Assembly (NCBI GenBank): GCA_965261395.1
Contig: OZ253462.1
Location: 5,216,001 to 5,280,000, forward strand
DNA length: 64,000 nucleotides
Direction: 5' to 3'
Origin: Candidatus Latescibacterota bacterium
Lineage (GTDB): Bacteria > Latescibacterota > UBA2968 > UBA8231
Made by a program: the position numbers and the translations under genes
Notes under the pieces: generated by a model
Database searches by the model: none
What the model was told of the DNA's origin: nothing
The model's input: only the letters and a program-made list of their open reading frames with translations
In this document: positions 10,574-20,309 of the stretch, piece after piece
Numbering within the stretch: position 1 is the stretch's first letter
How the letters are laid out: each line of letters begins with the position of its first letter

Positions 10574-11758
10574 GGCTTTGGTGCATGAATTGGTGTTTTT
10601 TTCGGTTGATCGGTTGAATAAAAACAGGCTCCTCAGTAGATTGAGCACGACTTTCGCCAAAAAACCCATGCTTTCTCGTCCAAGGAACCTGTCATGGCCA
10701 ACCTATCGTCTTGCCCCTCTTCCGTCAAGCCTGGTCGCTCGCCTCGCCGTCGCTCCAACGTCGTGTACCGGGTACGTAATTGGGCCGACTATGAGGCCGG
10801 GCTGCAACAGCGCGGTAGTCTGACGGTGTGGTTCACGCCCCAGGCCGTCGAAGCTTGGTATTATCAAGGGCCGCCTCAGCGGGGGGCGCAATATACCTTT
10901 TCGGAGGTCGCCATCCAAACGGCGTTGACGCTGCGTCTTTTGTATCACTTGCCCCTACGCCAAACCGAGGGGTTTGTCGCTTCGGTGTTGGCCCTGATGG
11001 GCTTGGATCTGCGGGTGCCCGATCACACGACCCTGTCGCGCCGTCAGGCGGGTTTAGCCGTGGCGTGGCCGCCCCAGCGGGGAGACCAACCGATGCACTT
11101 GGTGGTGGATTCGACCGGGCTGAAAGTGTATGGCGAAGGCGAATGGAAGGTGCGTCAGCACGGCTGGAGCAAGCGGCGCACGTGGCGCAAATTGCACCTC
11201 GGGGTTAATGAAGCCACCGGCGAGATCGTCGCGCAGACCTTGACGACGAATAGCCACGATGATGCGGGGCAGGTGGAGCCGTTGCTGGCACAGATCGAGG
11301 CCCCCGTGGAGGCGTTGGGCGGCGATGGGGCCTATGACAAACGCAAGGTGTTCAAGGCGTTGGCCGCGCCCGAGCAGGGGGCACCTATTCATCCGATCAT
11401 TCCGCCGCGCAAGGACGCCAAAATCGAGCAACATGGCAACACCAACGCCGAGCCGTTGCCCCGCGATGAGACGATTCGAGCCATCCGCAAACGGGGCCGT
11501 CGAGGTTGGAAACACGAGAGCGGCTATCATCGACGCTCGGTAGCCGAAACGCAGATAGGCCGCTACAAACAGATACTTGGTGACACCTTGCGCACCCGAA
11601 CCCTAACCAACCAACAGACCGAAGCGCGGTTGGGCTGTGCCTTGCTCAACCGGATGCGGGCGTTGGCGAAACCTGAGTCCTATCCGCTAACCAAAAAAGC
11701 GTAAATCACACGCGAAAGAAGCCAACACGGCCCCGACCGGTTTTCATGCAACAAAGCC
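10574..11758 (+). mobile_element. IS5 family (IS903 group) insertion sequence, copy 1, 1185 bp
   Basis: Terminal IRs GGCTTTGGTGCATGAA / TTCATGCAACAAAGCC; 9-bp TSD CAAATCTAC at 10565-10573 and 11759-11767. Confidence 0.95.
10694..11704 (+). CDS. IS5 family DDE transposase
   Basis: NWADYEAGLQQRGSL, VDSTGLK, WRKLHL, GDGAYD, YHRRSVAE motifs typical of IS903-like transposases. Confidence 0.95.
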   Translation: MANLSSCPSSVKPGRSPRRRSNVVYRVRNWADYEAGLQQRGSLTVWFTPQAVEAWYYQGPPQRGAQYTFSEVAIQTALTLRLLYHLPLRQTEGFVASVLALMGLDLRVPDHTTLSRRQAGLAVAWPPQRGDQPMHLVVDSTGLKVYGEGEWKVRQHGWSKRRTWRKLHLGVNEATGEIVAQTLTTNSHDDAGQVEPLLAQIEAPVEALGGDGAYDKRKVFKALAAPEQGAPIHPIIPPRKDAKIEQHGNTNAEPLPRDETIRAIRKRGRRGWKHESGYHRRSVAETQIGRYKQILGDTLRTRTLTNQQTEARLGCALLNRMRALAKPESYPLTKKA

Positions 11759-13399
11759 CAAATCTACTATCCTCCTAGAATACGCAGAATGCCTATCTGG
11801 CATTGGGTATTTTTCTACATATTGAGTTAAATAGCGCCGCCGGCCAGCGTACAGTTTGTTATTAAATACCAGCTCGTGATAACGAGTCATCAGATTTGAA
11901 TTCGCTATCCCTTGGATAAGGAAGAGCATATCCGTGTTTTCTTCTTCTGAGACGATCCAGTAACAGTTGCCATCAACCATCAAACCTTCGTGATCATAAA
12001 AGAACATTGGACTAGGACTAATATCGGGAAAGATGAGCTTGGGGCGCTGCAAAGCTAAAGGATCTTGGGGCACCCAAATCTCGTACCATTTTCTATTAGC
12101 CTCAATTACGTATTTCCGTCTTTCTAATCTCTCACGGTGTTGCCTAAGATATGCCGCCGCGCATGGATACTGTTCTATGTCAATAGCTACTCGTTTCGCG
12201 TCCCTGACTTCATGAGTATATAATATTTTTTTAAGCGATTCATTCCTTGTGCCAGATCGCCAGCGGCTAGCGTCGTCGTGTGAGAATATGGGACGTAGTA
12301 AACAGTCCTCCGGTCGCCTATCTTCAGGTACATCGTCCCAGTCCGAGCGAATAAAAACTCGATCGGCTGTCGTCTTAATACCAACCCTCACCTTCACAAC
12401 GTCGCCAATTCGGCACTTTGCCGCCGATTCTACTTTACCAATCCACTCTTTCTCAAGCGCAGTTGCCATCCGCCAGGGTTCGGAGGGTAAGTTAGAAAAG
12501 GAAAGACTCCCCGTCGAAAATTTGAACCGGGTTTTAGATACCAAATATTCACCGTCAGAATTTTGTCTGAGAATGTCGTACACTGAGTTAACATGGACTG
12601 GCTTTTCTCGATCATCGCGATTATTTGTCCTATTCTCGTAAATTCTGACAAATCTATTTAGCAGCCTCGGATCCATAGAGGAACGCAATGTAGAGGGTAC
12701 TTTTCTAGCGATCAAAATAGCTGGCAGAACGGCAGCCTCGAAAAGCTTGGTGTCGCCAAGGTCAATCAATTCGACGATCTCGTAATTTTCGGCGATGAAC
12801 GCTCTGATGGAGGCTCCACCTTTTGTTGAAATAAACCGATTGGACGTGATGACGCCTATAATGCCACTGTCTTTTAAGCACTGGGTCATCGCCACCAGAA
12901 AAGCTTGGTATAAATCGATTCTGCCTTTCAGGCGAAAGGCTTTTGCTAACTCCTGTGATTTCCGAGCGCCGAGGACCTGCGTTCGGACGTAAGGAGGGTT
13001 GGCGATTATAATATCTACAGGAGGAATAGTCTTGTTAGTTGGAGGCCCGTTGTTAAACAGCCCTATCTGTGCCTCTGAATCGGTGTAAAGTTCCAGGAAA
13101 TCCATCCTCTTGAGAAAATTCGATTTTGAGCTGAGCACTTCTAACCGCTCTTGGGCTTTCCCGAGGGATAAATCGTCGAGCTCTATCCCTGTAATGACGG
13201 TATTTCTTAGTGCATTATCTGGCAGTGAGTTAGCTAAGGCGACTAGTAGTTCTCCATCGCCACAGGCTGGATCCAAAACCCTTAGTTCAGGGAGTTGATG
13301 AAAGTCCGCTTCGGCGACTAGTCTCTCTGCGAGAAAACGAGCAAGTTCAGGAGGTGTGTAATGCGAACCAGTAGCTTTTTGTTTAGTAACAAGTGGCAT
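11744..13399 (-). pseudogene. N6-adenine DNA methyltransferase, M.BseCI/M.BanIII (ClaI-type) like, C-terminus cut by IS
   Basis: Motif I LDPACGDGEL, motif IV ANPPY. The blocks QKATGSHYTP, GIKTTAD, WYEIWVP, VDGNCYW, NKLYAGRRRYLTQY match my recollection of M.BseCI. Start ATG 13399. Confidence 0.85.
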
Positions 13400-13691
13400 C
13401 TGGGCATAGCCCTTTGTTTTCAATATTAAGGCTGTAAGAATCAAACTAAGAATCGAATATCAATGGACCCATGTCAACCTGAAAACCTGTGAATGGTTAC
13501 ATTTTTAAACTAAACTTACTACTCACACGCAGATACTTGGGTGCTCTTGCCCCCAATAAGTCTGCTCGCTAACTTGCTGGCCAATGAGGCCGAAGTCCCC
13601 GTTACGCTTCCCGCCATTAGCTTGCGCCTCCTCTCCCACGCCCGTACCTTGGCCGCCCATCGCCTTCCCCGCCCTCAAGGAGCCTCCCAAG

Positions 13692-14927
13692 ATGAAAATC
13701 ACCAACATCGAAGTCATCCCCATCTTCCCCAAGCTGGCCAGCCGCTACGCCGCGCGCCGCGTCGATCTCTACGGCATCGACTGCCGCGTCGTATACAAAG
13801 TCCACACCAACGCCGGCATCATCGGTTACGGCGACATGCGGGTGCGGCCCTACGCCCAACCGTCCCGCGACTCCGTCGCCCAGTTCATTGGCCTCAGCCC
13901 CTTCGACTTCATCAATGACCATCGCTCCGCCGTTCCCTCGGGCCTGCTCTGCGCCCTGTACGACGCGATGGGCAAACACCTCGACCTGCCCGTCCACAAA
14001 CTCCTCGGCCAGAAAAAGCGCAACGCCATCGCCGTGGCCGCCTGGACCCGACCCGCTTCCCCAGAGGTTTTCCGCGACGAGATCAAACGCGCCGCCGCCG
14101 AAGGCTATCGCGTCTTCAAAATCCACACCTGCACCCACCACGACGTCTTCGAGCAGACCCGTCTAGCTACAGAAGTCGCCCCGGAGAGCTTCCGCATCCA
14201 CTACGACTTCAACCACAACCGCAGCCTCGGCAGCGCCCTGCCGATCATCGCCGAACTCGAACGAAATTTCCCCATCGTCGGCTACATCGAAGACCCGCTC
14301 GACAAAAGGGACATCGACGGCTGGAAGCGCCTGCGCCAGCAGACCAGTCTGCCGCTAATCATGCACGGCACGCCCTTGGGCGGGGTCCAAGAACTGATCT
14401 ACGGCCTCGCCGACATGTACATGATCGGCGGCACCCTCGAAGATACCATGGCCGCTGGCTGGGCCTGTGGCCGGGCCAATGTACAAGTTCTGCTGCAATT
14501 TGAAGGTGGTACTCTGGGCAAGGCCATGGCCATGCACATGGCCTCGGTGCTGCCGACCCACACCGCCCATTCGATTAACCTCGACGACCAGTACGCCGAA
14601 GACTACACCACCGAAACCATTCCCGTCGTCGATGGAGCCTCCCCCGTACCCAACGGCCCGGGCTTAGGTTTTGCAGTCGATGAGGACGCGCTGGCGCGGC
14701 TGGCAGCCCAATCGCTCGTCGAGCGTCCAACCCACGTCGGCGTCTTGCAGATGCCCGGCGGACACACGTACTACGGCCCGTCCTACATCTCCCCCACCAG
14801 CATTACCGGCCATCAGGAGGGCGTTGACCGCGGCTTCCGCTCTTCGATTTGGGAAGACGACGGCTCCGCCGAGTTCGCCAAAGTCCACGACCGCGTCAAC
14901 AAGGAAGGCGTCTTCCGCGCCGACTGA
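13692..14927 (+). CDS. Mandelate racemase/muconate lactonizing enzyme (enolase superfamily) protein
   Basis: MKITNIEV start with AAGGAG RBS; ALYDAMGK, FKIH, DFN, IEDP, PNGPGLG motifs. Confidence 0.85.
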   Translation: MKITNIEVIPIFPKLASRYAARRVDLYGIDCRVVYKVHTNAGIIGYGDMRVRPYAQPSRDSVAQFIGLSPFDFINDHRSAVPSGLLCALYDAMGKHLDLPVHKLLGQKKRNAIAVAAWTRPASPEVFRDEIKRAAAEGYRVFKIHTCTHHDVFEQTRLATEVAPESFRIHYDFNHNRSLGSALPIIAELERNFPIVGYIEDPLDKRDIDGWKRLRQQTSLPLIMHGTPLGGVQELIYGLADMYMIGGTLEDTMAAGWACGRANVQVLLQFEGGTLGKAMAMHMASVLPTHTAHSINLDDQYAEDYTTETIPVVDGASPVPNGPGLGFAVDEDALARLAAQSLVERPTHVGVLQMPGGHTYYGPSYISPTSITGHQEGVDRGFRSSIWEDDGSAEFAKVHDRVNKEGVFRAD

Positions 14928-14929
14928 CG
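14887..14929 (+). repeat. 43-bp direct repeat copy 1 (3' end of the enolase-family gene)
   Basis: ACGACCGCGTCAACAAGGAAGGCGTCTTCCGCGCCGACTGACG; 40/43 identical to 16136-16178. Confidence 0.85.
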
Positions 14930-14951
14930 ATTTTACGTTGTCAAATCGCGG

Positions 14952-16073
14952 CTAGAAGCGCGCCGCGGCTAGAGGGCCGGGGTCGCGTCCGTCCAGGGCC
15001 AGTTCCACCATGCGTTCGGCGGCCAACAGGCCGATGGAGTTGCCGTAACCACTAAAGCCTAGGGCAAAGACCGCGTCGGGCAGATCCGGGAGGGCACCGA
15101 CAGCCGCCCGGCGATCCGGAGTGAAGCCGTGGATGCCGGCCCAGTGGTACTCGATTTCAAAGGAGAGGCCCGGGAACCAGCGGCGCAGATAGGTCTCGAG
15201 GTTCTGTAGCAGATTCGGGGTGACGGCGTCCTCGGCAGTGTACTCCTGCTCCTCAAAAAAAGCCCGAGCACCACCGATCATCAAACGCCCATCTTCAAAC
15301 TGACGGAAGTAATGGTATTCGGTGATGCCGGCGACCTCCATCAGGGGTTCCACTGGGGTGGTCACGAGAATCTGGCCGCGCACTGGGCGCACAATGCGGC
15401 GCAGGTACGGGTGCAGATCGCAGCCATATCCGTTGGTGGCGATGTACACCTTGCGGCAGCGGATATGAGCACGGCGTCCACGCACCCTCAGGCCCTGGCC
15501 CTCCGCTTCGATGCGATAGACCTCATTGTGGTCGTAGAAGGTGGCCCCGGAGGAGGAGGCAATGGCCTCGGTGAGGCGTGCTGGTTGCACCATGAAATCG
15601 CCCTCCACCTGTAGAGATGCCGCGTACCCAGCGCCATAGGGATCGCTCTGGGCAAACTCGACCTCAACGCCGTCGGCTGCAAAGGCGCGGGCCCACTCTT
15701 CCAGTTCACGGGCGTCGGCTTGGGTTTCGGCTAGGTGGATGGCACCCTCTTCCCAGGGCACTTCGTACTGCTTGGCCAAGGCGCGCATCCGGGCGACGTT
15801 GTCGCACACCATGGCGAGGATTTGGCGGGCGGCCGGGTGCCCCACTTGGGCGATGAGGATGGGGTACGTCTCGCGCTGCGAGGTCAGCACAAAGCCGGCG
15901 TTGCGGCCCGATGCACCGGCGGCCGGAAAGCGGGCATCGACCAGGGCCACATCGCGGCCCCGCTGGTGCAGCAAGGTAGCTGCGTACGAGCCGACAATGC
16001 CAGCGCCGATCACCACATCGTCGTGTTCAGCCTGCAACGGCTCAGATACTTCCTGCCATTGGGATACAGTCAT
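14952..16073 (-). CDS. FAD-dependent oxidoreductase (DadA/PuuB-like)
   Basis: IGAGIVG, GASGRNAG, ATNGY, WAG..GFTPD, GFSGYG motifs. Confidence 0.9.
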   Translation of the reverse strand: MTVSQWQEVSEPLQAEHDDVVIGAGIVGSYAATLLHQRGRDVALVDARFPAAGASGRNAGFVLTSQRETYPILIAQVGHPAARQILAMVCDNVARMRALAKQYEVPWEEGAIHLAETQADARELEEWARAFAADGVEVEFAQSDPYGAGYAASLQVEGDFMVQPARLTEAIASSSGATFYDHNEVYRIEAEGQGLRVRGRRAHIRCRKVYIATNGYGCDLHPYLRRIVRPVRGQILVTTPVEPLMEVAGITEYHYFRQFEDGRLMIGGARAFFEEQEYTAEDAVTPNLLQNLETYLRRWFPGLSFEIEYHWAGIHGFTPDRRAAVGALPDLPDAVFALGFSGYGNSIGLLAAERMVELALDGRDPGPLAAARF

Positions 16074-16135
16074 AATGCCTCCAAGGGGATGATGGCCGTT
16101 CCGGGATTGTCGCCCCCGATAATCGGCCTAAGTTG

Positions 16136-16178
16136 ACGACCGCGTCAACAAGGGTGGCGTCTTTCGCGCCGACTGACG
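16136..16178 (+). repeat. 43-bp direct repeat copy 2
   Basis: ACGACCGCGTCAACAAGGGTGGCGTCTTTCGCGCCGACTGACG. Confidence 0.85.
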
Positions 16179-16187
16179 CGAGTGCCT

Positions 16188-17003
16188 CTAAACATCCTGC
16201 ACCCGACGCCAGCGGTCGTAGTAGCCCTGCATCCGCGCCGGTAGCCCGGCCCGCACATTGTCGGCCAGTTGCCAGCGGAAGCGCTCGTCGAGGACTTCGC
16301 GCGGTTGATCTTCCTCGTGCTTGACTAACGCGCCCGTCAGGGTCAGCCGCTCGGCCGCGCCAGCGGGCACGCGACCCCGGTGAATAGTGTTGCCGGTCCA
16401 GAAAATGGTCTGCCCCTTTTGCAGCACGATTTGCTGTGCATTGGGTACGGCACCCTTGCGGTCGTTGATCAGCACTTCGCGCTCGCGCTCGGTGCGGTAG
16501 CGGCGCTGGCTGCCCGGCACCAGCCACAGACAGGCGTCGTCGGCCAAGGCCAAGTGCCATTTGACCAAGTTCTTGCGATAGCGGCCCAAAATCTCCAGCT
16601 CCACCTCCCGGCTGCCGTCGCGCTCCTCGTGGCCAAAGTCGCGGTGCCAGCCCGTGTCGTAGTCCGTCGGGCCGCACAGGACAATCAGCCCCACCCAACC
16701 CAAGCGCAACGGGCCGCCCACCACGGCACGCACGCAGGTCTCCACCGGCTCCGACATGAGGTATTCGGCAAAGATCGGCTCGCCAAACTCGGGCGCGATC
16801 AAGCCCAAGATGTGGCGCGGTTCCACGCCCGGGCCGCCGGTGCTGATCCGCTCGTCCGTAGCCACCACCGCGCCGGAGTGCACCTTTTCCGCCGCGCGCC
16901 GTGCCCCGACCTCCAAGGCCGCTAGCATGTCCGGGGCAACTGCGTCGTCGGCAATGAAATAACCCCGCTCGCGGTATTGCTCAATCTGCAATGATGTCGC
17001 CAT
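16188..17003 (-). CDS. PhyH family dioxygenase
   Basis: YRERGY, WHRD, VPGS, IHRG; start reset to ATG 17003 (GGAGAG RBS). Confidence 0.85.
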   Translation of the reverse strand: MATSLQIEQYRERGYFIADDAVAPDMLAALEVGARRAAEKVHSGAVVATDERISTGGPGVEPRHILGLIAPEFGEPIFAEYLMSEPVETCVRAVVGGPLRLGWVGLIVLCGPTDYDTGWHRDFGHEERDGSREVELEILGRYRKNLVKWHLALADDACLWLVPGSQRRYRTEREREVLINDRKGAVPNAQQIVLQKGQTIFWTGNTIHRGRVPAGAAERLTLTGALVKHEEDQPREVLDERFRWQLADNVRAGLPARMQGYYDRWRRVQDV

Positions 17004-17023
17004 GTAGCCCTCTCCTCTCCGCG

Positions 17024-17935
17024 CTAGGGCCGGTACGGCTCGCCCGTGCGCCGCAGCTTCTTGGTCACCGCGATCTGACAGGTCGCGTACCCGCCCATGT
17101 AGCCGGTGGCAAAGCCTGGGCGCGCGTCCCCAATGGTGCCGACGATCATGTTGGCGTATTCGTACGTGGTGTCGTAGCGGTCGCAAATGAGGGCCACCAT
17201 TTCGAGCCACGCCGCTTTGAGCGCGTCGCCCCACTCTTCCGCGCGCGCGCTGGTGAGGTATTCCTCGGCGTCTTCCACAACCCTAGTGGTCTCGACCACG
17301 GGGCTGCTGTTGGGAAACCCAGGCGAGCGATCTACCTTGAGCGTGATGGCCGAGTCGATCTCGACCCCCGCCCCGGTCAACTCGCCATCGCCCATGCGCG
17401 CATGGACATCGCCCAACGAGAGCAATCCCCCGGGCTTTTGCGCGCGGATGTGGACGGTGCTGCCGGGCTGGATGGCATTGAAATCCATGTTGCCGCCGTG
17501 ATCGATGGCGTTGGGTGCCCACGATTCGAGCTGGACAACGCCGATCATCGGCCGCACTGGTACGACAAAATCCGGCGGAAAGTAGATCAGCCCGTCGCGT
17601 ACCGGCGCCACGCAGCGCCAATTGCCCCAATTGGGACCGCCGTTGCGATAGAATCCATAGGGGCCAACCTCCATCTCGACGATCTCAATGGCCACCCAAT
17701 CGTCCGGCCCAATGCCCTCGATGAGAAAGGGACCGCCGGGGCGGGCGTAGCGGCGATGGCTCTCCCCAGAAGTAATCATGCCAGCGCGAGTCTCCCCGGC
17801 CGCTTCAAAGTCGTTGTCCGCGCCGCCAATGGTCTCGATGATGACGGTTTCTCCAAGAGCCAAAGTGCCGCGCACTTGGCCGATTTCCGGGTCGTCCGGC
17901 CCGCTGTAATGGGGGGTGCGAGTAAAGCGACGCAT
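17024..17935 (-). CDS. Acetamidase/formamidase family protein
   Basis: RPMIG, HGGNMD, LGDVHARMGDGE motifs. Confidence 0.85.
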   Translation of the reverse strand: MRRFTRTPHYSGPDDPEIGQVRGTLALGETVIIETIGGADNDFEAAGETRAGMITSGESHRRYARPGGPFLIEGIGPDDWVAIEIVEMEVGPYGFYRNGGPNWGNWRCVAPVRDGLIYFPPDFVVPVRPMIGVVQLESWAPNAIDHGGNMDFNAIQPGSTVHIRAQKPGGLLSLGDVHARMGDGELTGAGVEIDSAITLKVDRSPGFPNSSPVVETTRVVEDAEEYLTSARAEEWGDALKAAWLEMVALICDRYDTTYEYANMIVGTIGDARPGFATGYMGGYATCQIAVTKKLRRTGEPYRP

Positions 17936-18031
17936 AAGCGTTCTCCTTGCTGAGGTCGGCGGCCCAAGCTACAAAAAGGCCCCGCGCCATGATGGATAGG
18001 TTAAGCGGAAAAAAGTGTGTGTGTTAGAATC

Positions 18032-18826
18032 CTAGCGCCCCTCGGCAAACGGAAAGGTCCCGTTGTACCCGAGCGCGGCAATAGCCGGCAGCGGCGAACT
18101 GACAAAAGGAATCCCCGGGAACATCGGCGTCTGCTGATAGTGCAATACCACATTGCCGCGGATGGGTGCGTCGGCATCTTCCTTTAGCTTTGCACCCTGG
18201 TGCGGGATGTGGCTGAAGAACACCACTGCGTCGCCGGTCATGGGATGGAGGTGGATGTGCTCCTGCTGCTCGCACCACTGGTAAAAGGGGTTGTCGGAAT
18301 TGTACCCGCCTAGGTGGCGGATTTCTTCCGGCAGGGCGTTGTGGCAGAAGTTGTTGATGAAGGTCAAGCGCCCGGTCTCTGGCGCGTTGTCCGTCAGGTA
18401 AAACGTGGTGTTTATGCACAGTGGCCGCAGCGCGTGTCGCGCTTCGTCGGGCGCGTCCCAATAATAGCCAAAGTCCTTGTGCCACTCTTGGGTATAAGCC
18501 CCCGGATTGAGGTGCGCGCGAAAGCTCCGCAACTGGCATTGCCGCCCGAGCATGGCCTGTAAATACGACGCGACCGAGGGATGGCCGATCATGGGCCGAG
18601 CCAGCTCGGGTTCCTGCTCCAACAGGTGGTCAAAAGCCACATTGCCCACTTCGTTGCTAATATCCCATTCCCGCCGCTCGTACTTCCGCACCAAGCACTC
18701 CCGCCAAGCCAGCACTACATCCTCGGGCAGCGCGTTGCGCACCAATAGAAAGCCGTGCCGGTCGAGCGCGTCGAGTTGATCTTCCAACTCGGAGATTTGG
18801 GCTGTATCCGCAATGATTTCGCTCAT
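18032..18826 (-). CDS. PhyH family dioxygenase
   Basis: WHKD, FYLTD, GDAVVF..H..HQG. Confidence 0.8.
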   Translation of the reverse strand: MSEIIADTAQISELEDQLDALDRHGFLLVRNALPEDVVLAWRECLVRKYERREWDISNEVGNVAFDHLLEQEPELARPMIGHPSVASYLQAMLGRQCQLRSFRAHLNPGAYTQEWHKDFGYYWDAPDEARHALRPLCINTTFYLTDNAPETGRLTFINNFCHNALPEEIRHLGGYNSDNPFYQWCEQQEHIHLHPMTGDAVVFFSHIPHQGAKLKEDADAPIRGNVVLHYQQTPMFPGIPFVSSPLPAIAALGYNGTFPFAEGR

Positions 18827-18843
18827 GGAAAAGTTCCTAGTCT

Positions 18844-19563
18844 TTAGTGGTCATTTACATTGCGCGCAAAATACCGCTCCCAGCACTCCGTCGGCTCAAA
18901 GCCCAAGATGCGCCGGGCCTTATCGATATTGTACTTTCCGTGCCCCTCCCAGCTAAGCAAGTTGAACTCCTGAAAGCAGTCCGGCACCTCGGGGATTTCC
19001 AACGCCAGCCGACAGGCGTGCTGCAAGTCCTCCCACACCACCGTAAAGGGCGGAAAGTCCCCAGTGCTTTGCGTCGGTCGCGGCCCCAAGCCATTGAACA
19101 CAAAACTGATCGTCTGAATGCCATACGCCCGTGCATACGTCCGGCAAATCTCGCTCGCCAAGCCCTTCGTCAGGCAGTAATAACCCGTGGTCAAAACCGG
19201 CGGCACGTCCGCAATGTCAAAGTCGTGGTCATAGGTGCGGCGGACGAATTGCGGGGCGGAGTGAATCACCTTTTTGATCCCGTGCTCAGCCGCGGCCTGC
19301 ATCGCGTTGAGCGCTCCGCGTGTGTTGACGTGAAAACTCTGCTCAGGATGGTTGCGCACGACCGTAAAATTCATGATCGCGTCCATGCCCGCGGCTGCAT
19401 CCCGCACCTGCTCCCGCGACGACACATCGCAATGCACGATGGGCTTGCCATCCGGGTGCGGGGCGATGTCCGCCAGCGTCATATCGTATGTATCTTCGAG
19501 ACCGGGCAGTAGATTGGGGGCGATCATCCCCGAGGCCCCTAACAGCAACACTTTTTTCTTCAC
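18844..19563 (-). CDS. NAD-dependent epimerase/dehydratase
   Basis: GASGMIA, YCLTK (YxxxK). Confidence 0.85.
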   Translation of the reverse strand: MKKKVLLLGASGMIAPNLLPGLEDTYDMTLADIAPHPDGKPIVHCDVSSREQVRDAAAGMDAIMNFTVVRNHPEQSFHVNTRGALNAMQAAAEHGIKKVIHSAPQFVRRTYDHDFDIADVPPVLTTGYYCLTKGLASEICRTYARAYGIQTISFVFNGLGPRPTQSTGDFPPFTVVWEDLQHACRLALEIPEVPDCFQEFNLLSWEGHGKYNIDKARRILGFEPTECWERYFARNVNDH

Positions 19564-20285
19564 GCCTTGCCTCCGCGAAACTCGCGCTGCGGCCGATAGC
19601 CCATAGACTTAGCTTGATCGAGCAAAAACTTGGGATGGGCGATGGGCGCGGCGATGTGGTACACAGCCCAGCGCGGCACCCAATTTAGGGACGCGCTCGC
19701 GTCGCGCGCCAACGCCGCGCAAAACGCCTGCGCTGCATCCCGAATATCGACCCACATCAAATCGCGTTCCCGCCCGGCGACCTCCTCCTCCCGCACCAGC
19801 TTGCCGAGGCGCAACGCCGTGACCGTGATGGGATACTCGCGCGCAAATTCGCGGCACGTAATCTCGCCCAAATACCGCGCCAGCACCGCCATCTCGGGGG
19901 CAGGCAATGGCTTGTAATGCTCAGTGACGTACACTGTGTCGGGATACGCGCGAAATACTTCAAGAGTGCTGCCGTACACAAACCGCTTGACGCCGGCCTC
20001 CACCGCCGCCTGAAACAGCACGTGCGTACCGCGCGTCGCTCGGTCGAGCAGGGTCTCTTCGCTCTCGGGCGCAGGCGGCGGCTCGCCCGTGTGGACGACG
20101 GCATCTACATTGCGCACCGCCTGCCATATCGCGTCTGGATCCGTCAGCCGGCCTGCGACCCATTCGACATCTTGCCGCGGCGGCGCGCAGTCGTCCAGCA
20201 GACGCAACTCCGCGTTTTCCGCTTCCAGCGCAGCGGCCACCTCTTGGCCTAGTGCACTAGCCGCGCCCGTAACCAATACCCGCAT
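19560..20285 (-). CDS. NAD(P)-dependent epimerase-like protein
   Basis: VTGAASALG Rossmann motif; catalytic YxxxK appears degenerate. Confidence 0.75.
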   Translation of the reverse strand: MRVLVTGAASALGQEVAAALEAENAELRLLDDCAPPRQDVEWVAGRLTDPDAIWQAVRNVDAVVHTGEPPPAPESEETLLDRATRGTHVLFQAAVEAGVKRFVYGSTLEVFRAYPDTVYVTEHYKPLPAPEMAVLARYLGEITCREFAREYPITVTALRLGKLVREEEVAGRERDLMWVDIRDAAQAFCAALARDASASLNWVPRWAVYHIAAPIAHPKFLLDQAKSMGYRPQREFRGGKA

Positions 20286-20309
20286 CGGCTCGTATCCTTT
20301 GCAATATTT

